The notes: generated by a model not told the origin, from the sequence alone. A stretch of 64,000 bases of DNA from an archaeon (GCA_043814055.1 JBDRKL010000009.1:17751-81750); one strand, 5' to 3'; positions 9,511 through 18,314 are shown, counted from the first letter of the stretch. Made by a program: numbers and translations.

Positions 9511-9869
9511 TCTCCGGCTGCTCCCGGAGGGTGAGCGGAGGCATTCGCATCCGGCGAAGCCGCTTTATTATCTCCTTTTTCCTTAGGCGCACCTTCGTGC
9601 GCTGCTTCTTTTTCCCTGACTGAGGTGCCTTCTGCTTTTAACATCCCTTTCTTTGCCTTTGCCGGCAGAACTTTCTTTGCTTCTGGCTTGAACTCCTCAA
9701 CTTTCTCAATCTTTATTTGAGCTCGCTTTATCCCGTGATTTGAGCCAACCAATGAATAGACCTTGTCAAGCGCGCGTGCTTCTTTAAGTTCGGTAACTTC
9801 CTTGGTAAAAATCTGCTTATTTCCACGCTGTACAAAACTTCCTATGATTCTAAAATGTTTAACACTCAT
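9507..9869 (-). CDS. rpl18a: 50S ribosomal protein eL20 (L18Ae/LX) with C-terminal extension
   Basis: FTKEV...ALDKVYSLVGSNHGIKRAQIKIEKVEE signature; position upstream of pfdA. Confidence 0.92.
   Translation of the reverse strand: MSVKHFRIIGSFVQRGNKQIFTKEVTELKEARALDKVYSLVGSNHGIKRAQIKIEKVEEFKPEAKKVLPAKAKKGMLKAEGTSVREKEAAHEGAPKEKGDNKAASPDANASAHPPGAAGE
9511..9563 (-). repeat. REP-like double-hairpin element, copy 2 (in-frame 3' end of rpl18a)
   Basis: Encodes AASPDANASAHPPGAAGE; same two-hairpin architecture as copy 1. Confidence 0.85.
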
Positions 9870-9946
9870 TTTGAATTTTCCTCCACTTCATCAGCTTTAA
9901 AATAAACACGAAGCTGATTGACCTGCGTTATTGCTTTGCGTCTCAT
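9866..9946 (-). promoter_or_regulatory. Bridging mini-ORF/hairpin cassette A (26 codons) between rpl31e and rpl18a
   Basis: ATG 5 nt after the rpl31e stop; TGA overlaps the rpl18a ATG (ATGA); contains CAAAGC...CAGCTTCGTGTTTATTTTAAAGCTG. Confidence 0.6.
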
Positions 9947-9951
9947 TATAT

Positions 9952-10491
9952 TTACCTGAGCTTGATCACTGCTCTGCCGTTTTCATCTTCGCCAATCACA
10001 ACTCGAAGCTGATATGGCGGTTTCTTGCGGCCGCGCTCCCAGATTTTCTCGTTTACTTCCTTTGTGATTACGACTTTGTCCGCCTTGGTGTGCTTCTTTG
10101 CGAACGCCTTGAGCATAGAAATTGTGTATCGCGCTTTCTTGCCCCTTACTGCGTTATTCCTAAGCGGGATTGTGTAAAGGTGGTCAGTGCCCTTGAGCCT
10201 GGTTGGCTTGACATTCTTCGGCGCAGCCTTGGATTCCTTGAGCTCGCTGATGGTGTCCATTGCGCGCTCCACAACCGTGCCCTTCTTCTTTGGCTGCGGC
10301 TTTGCCTTTGCCTCTTTCTTATCCTTGACTGCTGGCTCTTCCTTTGAGGCAGCCTTTGGCTTAGCCTTCTCTTCTTCTGCCGCTGCAGACTGACGCTTCG
10401 CGTCAGTTGCACGCTTGACTTCGTCAAGCTGTGCCTCTGCCTGAGCTTCTTTCAGAATTTCATCTTCTACACTTGCTTTATCTTTAGCCAT
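9952..10491 (-). CDS. rpl31e: 50S ribosomal protein eL31 with long N-terminal extension
   Basis: LYTIPLR...VNEKIWERGRKKPP signature in the C-terminal half. Confidence 0.92.
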   Translation of the reverse strand: MAKDKASVEDEILKEAQAEAQLDEVKRATDAKRQSAAAEEEKAKPKAASKEEPAVKDKKEAKAKPQPKKKGTVVERAMDTISELKESKAAPKNVKPTRLKGTDHLYTIPLRNNAVRGKKARYTISMLKAFAKKHTKADKVVITKEVNEKIWERGRKKPPYQLRVVIGEDENGRAVIKLR

Positions 10492-10492
10492 T

Positions 10493-10612
10493 TCAAAGTC
10501 TCCTAATCTTCATCTGCTTTGAAACTTCGGACGCGGGGCGTCCGAGGCACACACACTTCGTGTGTGATGTGCAGACGAAGCTGAAATTATTTAACATGCT
10601 TTGTCTCGTCAT
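10493..10612 (-). promoter_or_regulatory. Bridging mini-ORF/hairpin cassette B (39 codons, with two extra hairpins) between rpl39e and rpl31e
   Basis: ATG 2 nt after the rpl39e stop; TGA-A-ATG junction with rpl31e; peptide MTRQSMLNNFSFVCTSHTKCVCLGRPASEVSKQMKIRRL. Confidence 0.6.
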
Positions 10613-10614
10613 GA

Positions 10615-10770
10615 TTATTCACCGATGTCTGACGCGCGCCAGTACCTTCTTTGTGGATGCGTCCTAACCTTGCGGTTGGTCTTCATTATCACCCACAGTG
10701 GAACTATCCTGTTCTGTCGCCCTTTCTTGGCGAGGCGCGTTTTTGTTGATATGTGTTTTATTGAACTCAT
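10615..10770 (-). CDS. rpl39e: 50S ribosomal protein eL39 (not in the ORF track)
   Basis: Manual translation: [51 protein letters not shown]. Confidence 0.95.
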   Translation of the reverse strand: MSSIKHISTKTRLAKKGRQNRIVPLWVIMKTNRKVRTHPQRRYWRASDIGE

Positions 10771-11375
10771 TTTTTGTACCCTTTTACTATTGTATGATAA
10801 TGGTTCTCTGGGAATATATCCTTTTCCAAGCCATCTCCGCGAGCCCTGAGTGTGGCGCGTATCTCAGTTTCATACTCAGAAGTCGGTATAGAACCTGCCT
10901 GGACTGACTCTGTTAAGAAGATAGCGTCGGTTAAATACTTTATGGTCTTGTATGAAAGCCCGCAAAGAATTGGGCTGTATTCTATTTTGTGCCTGTCCTC
11001 CAGGGACTGCATTTCCGCAAGGGTTAGGCGCGGGGTTTTGTCATCCCGGCGCGTGCCATCGGTTATCAGCTTGTACGTGTCCTTATATTTTGCGCAAATT
11101 CCTTCCAAAGCGGCATGGTGTGCAATGTTTATCGCGTTGAGCGGGAACCCGTCCTTCTGCGCCTGGTCTGCTGCTTCCTCAATTGTTTTTGAATCAAGCG
11201 TGATTGGCTCAAATGGGAAACCGATTGACTCCGCTGCTTTCTGCGCGGTTTCAATGCACTCCGGCATTACCCCGAAGTTCGCCGTGACTAAAAGGACTTC
11301 GTATCCCCATTGCTTCAGGAAGTGCGCAACGAGCGAGGAGTCCTTGCCGCCTGAGTAGAGGACTATTGCTTTCAT
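10767..11375 (-). CDS. PP-loop (adenine nucleotide alpha hydrolase) protein of the archaeal ribosomal operon
   Basis: [17 protein letters not shown]; conserved position upstream of rpl39e. Confidence 0.88.
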   Translation of the reverse strand: MKAIVLYSGGKDSSLVAHFLKQWGYEVLLVTANFGVMPECIETAQKAAESIGFPFEPITLDSKTIEEAADQAQKDGFPLNAINIAHHAALEGICAKYKDTYKLITDGTRRDDKTPRLTLAEMQSLEDRHKIEYSPILCGLSYKTIKYLTDAIFLTESVQAGSIPTSEYETEIRATLRARGDGLEKDIFPENHYHTIVKGYKK

Positions 11376-11707
11376 ACCCGCCTAATCTTAAACTCCCTAT
11401 GCGTTTGACTTGAAACTGCACCCAGAACTATCTTGAGCTGCTCAAGAGTGATTTTGCCCTTGATTTGCCCGGATTCAACCGCTTTCACAAGAGTTATCGC
11501 AGCTGCGTAGGCGTTGTTCTCGTTGGCCATCCGCGCAGTGCTCCATTGCGCCCAGGCTTCCTGTGTCAAAATCTGCCTTAGAACCTGCTGAACTTGCTTC
11601 TTTGCATTTGTCTCAGCCTGGTGCATTTGAGCCTCTTGCTCCTGCTCCTGCTGGAGCTCAGCCATCTTACGCTGCCTAATTGCCTCAAGTTCTGCGTCGT
11701 CGTTCAT
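11372..11707 (-). CDS. PDCD5-like DNA-binding protein
   Basis: DDAELEAIRQRKMAELQ, LRQILTQEA, REFKIRR; follows rps19e. Confidence 0.92.
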   Translation of the reverse strand: MNDDAELEAIRQRKMAELQQEQEQEAQMHQAETNAKKQVQQVLRQILTQEAWAQWSTARMANENNAYAAAITLVKAVESGQIKGKITLEQLKIVLGAVSSQTHREFKIRRV

Positions 11708-11716
11708 GAGAATAAG

Positions 11717-12301
11717 TTACTTCTTTTCCGATTTTGCCGCTGCCGGCTTTGACTCTTCTTTCTTTCCTTCGGCTTTTGGCTGATGGGACTTTGCCCTCTG
11801 CTCTTGCTTGAACTTTTCATGACCAGGGAGTGCTATCTTCTCCTTTCTCGGAGCTTCCTTATAAACCGCCTCTTTCTTTACTTTCGGCGTTTTGTAAACC
11901 ACATAAGCCACATTGTCCAAGAGCTTCTGCCCCTGCGGGGTGATGCTCCTGCCTTTCTTGGAGTTTTTCACGTAGCCTGCGAGCTCAAGCTGCTTCATAA
12001 GCGCCCTGATAATTGAGCCTGACGCTTTTCTGTGCTCTTCCGGCTTTACCCCGCGGTTCCTTGCCCCGCCGTATTCTGTCCTTAGCCTTGAAACACCAAC
12101 AGGACCTCTTACGTAAATCTTGCGCAGCATTGAAGCGGCGCGGATATACCAAAAGTCCGGCTGCTCAGGCGGCCTCTCGCAGTGCGCTCCGCTCTTGGCG
12201 AACTGCGCCCACTCCGGCGGCTTTATCTGCTCGTTCTTCTTCAGCTCTTCTTTTACCGCATTGATTAAGTCCAATGCGTCAACATCGTTTACATTTACCA
12301 T
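11717..12301 (-). CDS. rps19e: 30S ribosomal protein eS19 with C-terminal extension
   Basis: PPEWAQFAKSG..ERPP, GPVGVSRLRTEYGG, GSIIR motifs. Confidence 0.97.
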   Translation of the reverse strand: MVNVNDVDALDLINAVKEELKKNEQIKPPEWAQFAKSGAHCERPPEQPDFWYIRAASMLRKIYVRGPVGVSRLRTEYGGARNRGVKPEEHRKASGSIIRALMKQLELAGYVKNSKKGRSITPQGQKLLDNVAYVVYKTPKVKKEAVYKEAPRKEKIALPGHEKFKQEQRAKSHQPKAEGKKEESKPAAAKSEKK

Positions 12302-12392
12302 TTTTATTCCTGTAACCCTAATTAACTGGAAATCGTGCTTTATGAAATGGGTTAAGTAATATATAAAAGCATCTTTGAATAATCAAACAAAG

Positions 12393-12938
12393 ATGGAGAT
12401 TAAGAAGTTTAGTAAAAAAGGCATAGAGAAGCGTTTTGCTAAACTTTCAGAGGATTACATAAAATTTCTCAAAGAAGCCGGGGAATTCACGAATAAATTT
12501 AACGCAAAGGAGAGCATACGGGACTCAAGCGTCATTTTTGCAGCGTATTGGTTTGGTGACATAATTGGGTGGGTTACTTTAATAGAGAAAGACAGTCCAT
12601 TATATGAAAGATACTATGCGGAAGTCAAAGCGGAAAAGTTTCTCCCTAAGAAAGATATTGCATTTGGAGCGGACCTTTTAGTCCATCCAAAACACAGAGA
12701 AGGGAAATTGGAGATAGAACTCTATCAAAAACACGTCAAGGATGCCATAAAGAGAAATCTTGTTTTTGTTGATATTGTAAATTTTGACAAAGTTGAAATG
12801 TACACTAAAGCAGTGAATGAGAAAGACATGACTCTGGATTATACAGGGTTAGTATCAAATAGGAGCATTTTAAAAGAGGAAGAAGTGCTTATTTGCATAA
12901 AGAAGAAGATTAAACGAAAAAGAAAGAAGCGGAAATAA
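12393..12938 (+). CDS. AT-rich GNAT-like protein
   Basis: LLVHPKHREGK resembles GNAT motif A; lies on the opposite strand to its neighbours. Confidence 0.5.
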   Translation: MEIKKFSKKGIEKRFAKLSEDYIKFLKEAGEFTNKFNAKESIRDSSVIFAAYWFGDIIGWVTLIEKDSPLYERYYAEVKAEKFLPKKDIAFGADLLVHPKHREGKLEIELYQKHVKDAIKRNLVFVDIVNFDKVEMYTKAVNEKDMTLDYTGLVSNRSILKEEEVLICIKKKIKRKRKKRK

Positions 12939-13247
12939 TTATTTCTTATACGGAATCCGCATTACTTCACCGCATTCCTCGCAGTGAATTACAAGATGAG
13001 GGAAGCGGTTTTGGTTCAGCCTGACCTTGCAGTTCTTGCCCATTTTCAGGTACGCGTGGCAGTGCTTGCAGTATTTGCGCTTGTATTCCTTTGAGATTCG
13101 CACGCGGTATTTCATCCCGATTTTTCTTGCCAGCTCAACATAGCGGTTGGCGTGCTCTGAGCTTCCCTCAGCTTCCTTGAATAAAATTTCAATCCGCTCA
13201 GCTGCGATAGACTTCTGCGCAGGGGATTTCTTGAATCTTCGTTTCAT
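12939..13247 (-). CDS. rnp4: RNase P protein component 4 (Rpp21)
   Basis: IAAERIEILF, RYVELARKI, CKHC...CEECG zinc ribbon. Confidence 0.95.
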   Translation of the reverse strand: MKRRFKKSPAQKSIAAERIEILFKEAEGSSEHANRYVELARKIGMKYRVRISKEYKRKYCKHCHAYLKMGKNCKVRLNQNRFPHLVIHCEECGEVMRIPYKK

Positions 13248-13248
13248 C

Positions 13249-13479
13249 TCAGGAGTTCGCAACAGCCATCAGGTCGCGCTCTTGCTTGGTGACTTTCTTC
13301 CAGCACTTCTTGCAGTAGCGCTCGTTCTTCCACTGGCGCGAGCAGGACTTGTGCATTGGTTTTTCGCAGTTTTTGCACACGAGGTCCGGGTTTGCTCCTG
13401 CGCAGGTCACGCAATTTGAGCTTTCGCTCGGCTGTTCAGATTCCTCTGCTTCTTTTTTCTTGAATAGGTTTAGAGCCAT
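13249..13479 (-). CDS. Small Cys-rich zinc-finger protein
   Basis: CxxC-x7-CxxC-x4-HxxC-x8-CxxC pattern. Confidence 0.65.
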   Translation of the reverse strand: MALNLFKKKEAEESEQPSESSNCVTCAGANPDLVCKNCEKPMHKSCSRQWKNERYCKKCWKKVTKQERDLMAVANS

Positions 13480-13573
13480 AAGATAGAATAGATTAGCAGG
13501 ATATTAAAGCTTAGCATTGAGCGCCCGATAGAAAACATATAAATCACCTAATAGAAAAGAACCAGAGGTTAAA

Positions 13574-13858
13574 ATGAAAGTAAAAGAACTAATGGACAGA
13601 ATCCCTGTGGACGAGATAACGCTGAAGATAACTGACAAGCAGGAGCCGCGCAAAATACCAGGCAAAACGCTCACGGTCTGCGAGTGCACAGGCGAGGACG
13701 ACACAGGCAAGGTTATAGTGACGCTTTGGAACGACGAGATTCGCCTGATTGACATAGATGACACTGTAAAAATCACCAAGGGCTGGGCGTCCAGGTATGA
13801 TGACGAGTTAACGGTTTCAGCCGGCAAGTTTGGGAAGATTGAAGTTGTGGATGAGTAG
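13574..13858 (+). CDS. Single OB-fold ssDNA-binding protein
   Basis: MKVKEL...DDTGKVIVTLWND...GKFGKIE, archaeal SSB/RPA OB fold. Confidence 0.88.
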   Translation: MKVKELMDRIPVDEITLKITDKQEPRKIPGKTLTVCECTGEDDTGKVIVTLWNDEIRLIDIDDTVKITKGWASRYDDELTVSAGKFGKIEVVDE

Positions 13859-13947
13859 AGAAAAGATATTAAAAAAATAAACCCACAATAGTTAAGAAAA
13901 GTATAAAAGAACAGCAATAAATAAACAGATAAGGGGTAGGCAAAAGA

Positions 13948-14769
13948 ATGATGGAATCATACTACGAAAAACCAGGATTTAAGCTATATCACTCGGATTC
14001 GTTTGAACTTTTGAAGGATTTGCCAGAGAATTCTGTAGATATGATTTTTGCCGATCCACCATATTTCCTTTCAAACGGCAGTTTCACATGTCAAAATGGA
14101 AAAATGGTTAGCGTAAAGAAAGGAAATTGGGACATGGGCAATGGCACAAAACAAGATTTTGATTTTCATTTGGATTGGCTAAACGCTTGCAGGAGAGTCC
14201 TAAAGCCAAATGGAACAATTTGGATTAGCGGAACATACCACTCAATTTACCAGTGCGGCTTTGCACTACAAATGAATAATTTCCACATTTTGAATGATAT
14301 TGCCTGGTTTAAGCCTAACGCCTCACCTAATTTGAGCTGCAGATTCTTTACCGCTAGCCACGAAACCCTAATTTGGGCTCGCAAGAATAAGGAAGCAAAG
14401 CACACTTTTAATTATGATATTACTAAAACCGGAAACTGGCCTGAAGACCAGTTAAAAAAAGAGGGGTTACAGATGCGCTCTGTTTGGTCAATACCAACGC
14501 CCAAGCCACAGGAGAAAACCTTCGGCAAACACCCAACGCAAAAGTCATTGGATCTGCTGAGAAGAATTGTATTAGCAAGCACTAACAAGGGCGATTTGAT
14601 TCTTGATCCTTTTACAGGAAGCTCCACAACAGGTCTGGCTGCCCATATGTATGGAAGGGATTTTATTGGAATTGACAATGAACAAAAATATCTAGATCTA
14701 TCCATTAAACGCTTTGAAGAACTGGAAAATAATCTAAAAAAAGAGAAAACCACCGGCGGTTTGATATGA
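13948..14769 (+). CDS. Beta-class N6/N4 DNA methyltransferase (DpnA-like)
   Basis: DMIFADPPY before HPTQK and LDPFTGSSTTG; adjacent to a DpnII-like endonuclease. Confidence 0.92.
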   Translation: MMESYYEKPGFKLYHSDSFELLKDLPENSVDMIFADPPYFLSNGSFTCQNGKMVSVKKGNWDMGNGTKQDFDFHLDWLNACRRVLKPNGTIWISGTYHSIYQCGFALQMNNFHILNDIAWFKPNASPNLSCRFFTASHETLIWARKNKEAKHTFNYDITKTGNWPEDQLKKEGLQMRSVWSIPTPKPQEKTFGKHPTQKSLDLLRRIVLASTNKGDLILDPFTGSSTTGLAAHMYGRDFIGIDNEQKYLDLSIKRFEELENNLKKEKTTGGLI

Positions 14770-15683
14770 AAAAAATTGAATTTTATGAAAAGACGCTAAA
14801 ATGCAACACAGCGGATGAAGTTTTTAACCACATTATTTCAACTTTTAAACCAAGCATACTTACATGGTCTTATTTTGTGAATTGGGATAAGGTTTTTCAG
14901 AACACGAAAGATATTGAGATAGGGCTTAACAAACTAAATTATCTAATCGGCAAAGAGGATTTTGATAAAGAATTCAGATATCTAATAAAAAAAGAGGCAG
15001 AGCTTCTAAAAATCATTCCAGCACTGGTTGTGAGGGATGGTCAGAACACTTTAAAATTCAAAATTTTGGTTGATTACAGTCAAAAAAAGATGGTGTATGA
15101 AGAATATGACTTTAACAAAGATACTTTAACAGACGAGAATATTGAAAAGTGCCTGACTTTTGTTAAGGAAACTGGCTTGAAAAAATTGATTACCTCCGGA
15201 AGTATCAAAAATTTAGTGGATTATATGATTGGGGTTGAGGCAGGATTGGACAGCAATGGACGAAAAAACCGTTCCGGCAGTGCAATGGAAAACATTGTTG
15301 AAATGTTCATAAAAGACATTTGCAACAGGAAGAACTTCAGATATTTAAGGCAGGCAGATGCAAAAAAGATCAAAGAAGAGTTTGGATACGATGTCCCGGT
15401 TGACAAGTCATCAAGAAGGTATGATTTTGTAATTGACACTGGAAAAGAGCTTGTCCTTTTTGAAACAAACTTTTACGGCGGCGGTGGCTCAAAACTAAAA
15501 TCAACAGCAGGCGAGTACAGAAATCTGTTTGACATACTTGAAGACAAATACAAATTTATTTGGATTACAGACGGACTTGGCTGGAAAACAACTCAAAAAC
15601 CGTTGCGAGAAACATTTGAGCATAATGATTATCTGTTTAATTTGGATATGCTGGAAAAAAAGGTATTAGATGTAGTGTTGTAG
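14766..15683 (+). CDS. DpnII-family type II restriction endonuclease
   Basis: GVEAGLDSNGRKNRSG, ETNFYGGGGSKL, FIWITDGLGW motifs. Confidence 0.92.
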   Translation: MKKIEFYEKTLKCNTADEVFNHIISTFKPSILTWSYFVNWDKVFQNTKDIEIGLNKLNYLIGKEDFDKEFRYLIKKEAELLKIIPALVVRDGQNTLKFKILVDYSQKKMVYEEYDFNKDTLTDENIEKCLTFVKETGLKKLITSGSIKNLVDYMIGVEAGLDSNGRKNRSGSAMENIVEMFIKDICNRKNFRYLRQADAKKIKEEFGYDVPVDKSSRRYDFVIDTGKELVLFETNFYGGGGSKLKSTAGEYRNLFDILEDKYKFIWITDGLGWKTTQKPLRETFEHNDYLFNLDMLEKKVLDVVL

Positions 15684-15694
15684 GAGAGTAAGAG

Positions 15695-15766
15695 TGGACC
15701 CGGCCCGGATTGAACGGGCGACCTCTGCCATGTGAGGGCAGTGTCATACCACTAGACCACGGGTCC
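15695..15766 (-). tRNA. tRNA-Val(CAC)
   Basis: Cloverleaf GGACCCG/CGGGTCC; anticodon arm CTGCC-CTCACAT-GGCAG; T-loop TTCAATC; CCA not encoded. Confidence 0.95.
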
Positions 15767-15794
15767 AACGGCATACAAATCAGCTAGAATCTAT

Positions 15795-16361
15795 TTAAAC
15801 CTTAGTTAGCTCAGCAAAATTCTTAAAAATCTCCGCCCCGTGCTCTGTGTGCTGGACTTCAGGGTGGAATTGCACGCCGAATATTGGTTTTGACACGTGC
15901 CTGATTGCCTCGTAGGGGCAGTCCTTTGAATGCGCCAGAGCCTTGAGCTGGTCAGAGATTGCGGTTACTTCGTCATTGTGCGAGTTCCATACCTTTATTG
16001 TGCTCGGCAGGCCTTTGAAGAGCTCGTCGGGCTCGTCGATTATTAGTTCTGTAATGCCGTACTCAGGAGTTCCCGCGGGTTTTGCCTCCCCGCCGAAGTG
16101 CTTTGCGATTAACTGGTGTCCTGCGCACATGCCGAGTATTGGGCCGTTGAACTTGTCCAGGTATAACTCGCAGTTGCCCATGCCGAATTCTTCACCGCCG
16201 CCAACGCTCAACCCAGAGCCGGAGAACGCGACTGCATCCGCGCTGAGCTCTTCAATCGGAGTTGTGTTCGGCAGGATTTCGGAGTCGTACTCTAAGTCCT
16301 GAAAAGTGCGCATAATGCGATGCGTGTACTGCCCTCCGTTGTCGATAACTGCGATGTTCAT
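15795..16361 (-). CDS. guaAA: GMP synthase glutamine amidotransferase subunit A
   Basis: IDNGGQY, ILGMCAGHQ, GVQFHPEV. Confidence 0.95.
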   Translation of the reverse strand: MNIAVIDNGGQYTHRIMRTFQDLEYDSEILPNTTPIEELSADAVAFSGSGLSVGGGEEFGMGNCELYLDKFNGPILGMCAGHQLIAKHFGGEAKPAGTPEYGITELIIDEPDELFKGLPSTIKVWNSHNDEVTAISDQLKALAHSKDCPYEAIRHVSKPIFGVQFHPEVQHTEHGAEIFKNFAELTKV

Positions 16362-16365
16362 TTTA

Positions 16366-17325
16366 TTATTCCCACTCAATAGTCCCCGGCGGCTTGTTCG
16401 TGATGTCATAAACCACGCGGTTCACGTCCTTCTTCAGCGTGTTCGTGATTCTTGTTGAAATACGCTCCATCAATTCAGGCGGAAACCTTGAAAAGTTCGC
16501 AGTCATCCCGTCCGCGCTCGCGACTGCGCGCAGGCCAATCACGTAGCCGTATGTCCTCAAATCACCCTGCACCCCAACAGTCCGCACTGGAAGCAGAACC
16601 GCGAAGTACTGCCACGGTTCTTCAATCTCGCCGCGCTCTACTGCCTGTTTGATTTCATCTCGGTAAATATAATCTGCTTCCTGAAGAACTGCGGCTTTTT
16701 CAGGCGTAACCTCGCCCAAAATTCGTACTCCAAGCCCTGGACCTGGAAATGGCTGTTTCTCGTAAAGCTCTTTCGGAACTCCGAGAGCTTCGCAGACCTG
16801 CCGCACCTCGTCCTTGTAAAGGTCGCGTAGCGGTTCTACGAGTTTAAGATTCATTTTTTCAGGGAGTCCACCCACGTTGTGATGCGATTTAATATTGTCG
16901 CGCAGTCCACCCCCAGATTCAATCCAGTCAGGCGCGATTGTGCCTTGAACTAAGTACTCAGCACCCACTGCTTTTGCCTTTTTCTCAAAAACTTCAATGA
17001 ATTTGTTCCCGATAATCTTGCGCTTCTCTTCCGGCTCTGTTGCGCCCTTGAGCGCTGTGAAGAATAAATCTTTCTCATCCGCGAGCTCTGCGTTAACACC
17101 CATCATTTTGAGCGCTTCAACAACTTCAATGCTCTCGTTTTTCCTCATTAAGCCAGTGTCAACGTGAACTGCGTGCAATCTGTCACCAAGAGCTTTGGCG
17201 CACAATGCCGTGGCTGCTGTAGAATCAACCCCGCCTGAGACTGCGATTATTGCCTTGCCTGGAGCTGGGATGTCCTGCTTGAGCTTGTTTATTGCTTTTT
17301 GAATAAATGCGTTTGGGTCTTTCAT
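16366..17325 (-). CDS. guaAB: GMP synthase ATPPase subunit B
   Basis: SGGVDS, IKSHHNVGGLP, YDITNKPPGTIEWE. Confidence 0.97.
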   Translation of the reverse strand: MKDPNAFIQKAINKLKQDIPAPGKAIIAVSGGVDSTAATALCAKALGDRLHAVHVDTGLMRKNESIEVVEALKMMGVNAELADEKDLFFTALKGATEPEEKRKIIGNKFIEVFEKKAKAVGAEYLVQGTIAPDWIESGGGLRDNIKSHHNVGGLPEKMNLKLVEPLRDLYKDEVRQVCEALGVPKELYEKQPFPGPGLGVRILGEVTPEKAAVLQEADYIYRDEIKQAVERGEIEEPWQYFAVLLPVRTVGVQGDLRTYGYVIGLRAVASADGMTANFSRFPPELMERISTRITNTLKKDVNRVVYDITNKPPGTIEWE

Positions 17326-18314
17326 TAGTATACCGTGCCCTTGAACTTAACGTGATTTCCGTTCACTGCCTTGCCCAAAATCATTGGCTGGTCTTTCTCA
17401 AGCAATCTGAGCGTTGGCTCAACATTACTCTCTGAAACCACTACGCAGAAGCCGATGCCCATGTTGAATGTCTTGTACATTTCGTCTTCAGGAATATTAC
17501 CGCCGCGCTGGATTTTCTCAAATATCAGGTGCGGGTTGGGCCAGTTCTTTACGTCAAAACCGATTTCCTTGTTTAATCTTTTCAGGTTCATCAGCCCACC
17601 ACCGGTCATATGAGCCAATCCCTTTACCGGGACGTGGTTGAGCAGGTGGAGTATTTGTTTGACGTAAATCTTGGTTGGTGTCAAAAGTTCCGCGAGAATA
17701 GCTGTGTCATTCATGTCAAGAACTTTGCGCGCAAGCGTCAGCCCGTTTGAATGAACCCCTGAGCTCTTCAGGCCGATGAGCACGTCGCCTTCCTTGATGT
17801 GCTCGCCTGTGATGACTTTGTCCTTGTCAATTATGCCGAGCGCGGTTCCTGCCAAATCATAGCCCTTGAGCATATCCGGCAGAGTCGCGGTTTCCCCGCC
17901 GATTACAGCAACCCCTGCCTGGTTCGCGCCGTCGCATATTCCGCGCATCAATTGTTCAATTACAGCAGGCTCGTGCTTCTCCACCGCGAGATAGTCAACC
18001 ATGGCAATTGGAGTTGCGCCAAGGCAGATTAAGTCGTTCACGTTCATCGCGACCATGTCTATGCCAACTGTGTCAAACTTGCCAAGCGCTTCAGCAACTA
18101 GCATTTTTGAGCCTACTCCGTCAGTGCACATCACAACTGCCTGGCCGTGGCCAACATCAACCAAATTAGCATAATGCCCCATTGAGGCCATCACCTTGTC
18201 AGGCTGGTTCTCAAAAGTGCTGGACAGCATCGCGGTTATCCTGCCGACTGAATCGTCCTCCTGTTTCCGGTCAACCCCTGCGTTCGCGTAGGTCCAGAAG
18301 TCGGTCAAAACCAA
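17325..18314 (-). CDS. purM: AIR synthetase
   Basis: YANAGVD, TDGVGSK, GGETA, SGVHSNG, FNMGIG. Confidence 0.97.
   Translation of the reverse strand: MVLTDFWTYANAGVDRKQEDDSVGRITAMLSSTFENQPDKVMASMGHYANLVDVGHGQAVVMCTDGVGSKMLVAEALGKFDTVGIDMVAMNVNDLICLGATPIAMVDYLAVEKHEPAVIEQLMRGICDGANQAGVAVIGGETATLPDMLKGYDLAGTALGIIDKDKVITGEHIKEGDVLIGLKSSGVHSNGLTLARKVLDMNDTAILAELLTPTKIYVKQILHLLNHVPVKGLAHMTGGGLMNLKRLNKEIGFDVKNWPNPHLIFEKIQRGGNIPEDEMYKTFNMGIGFCVVVSESNVEPTLRLLEKDQPMILGKAVNGNHVKFKGTVY

Noticed and set aside
10493-10612. Cassettes read as C/D box sRNAs (ATGACGA, CTGA-like words)
   Set aside because: Boxes are not consistent across copies and no C'/D' pair or guide regions are evident.
13948-15683. Apparent scarcity of GATC in core genes
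   Set aside because: Impression only; needs an observed/expected count that I cannot run.
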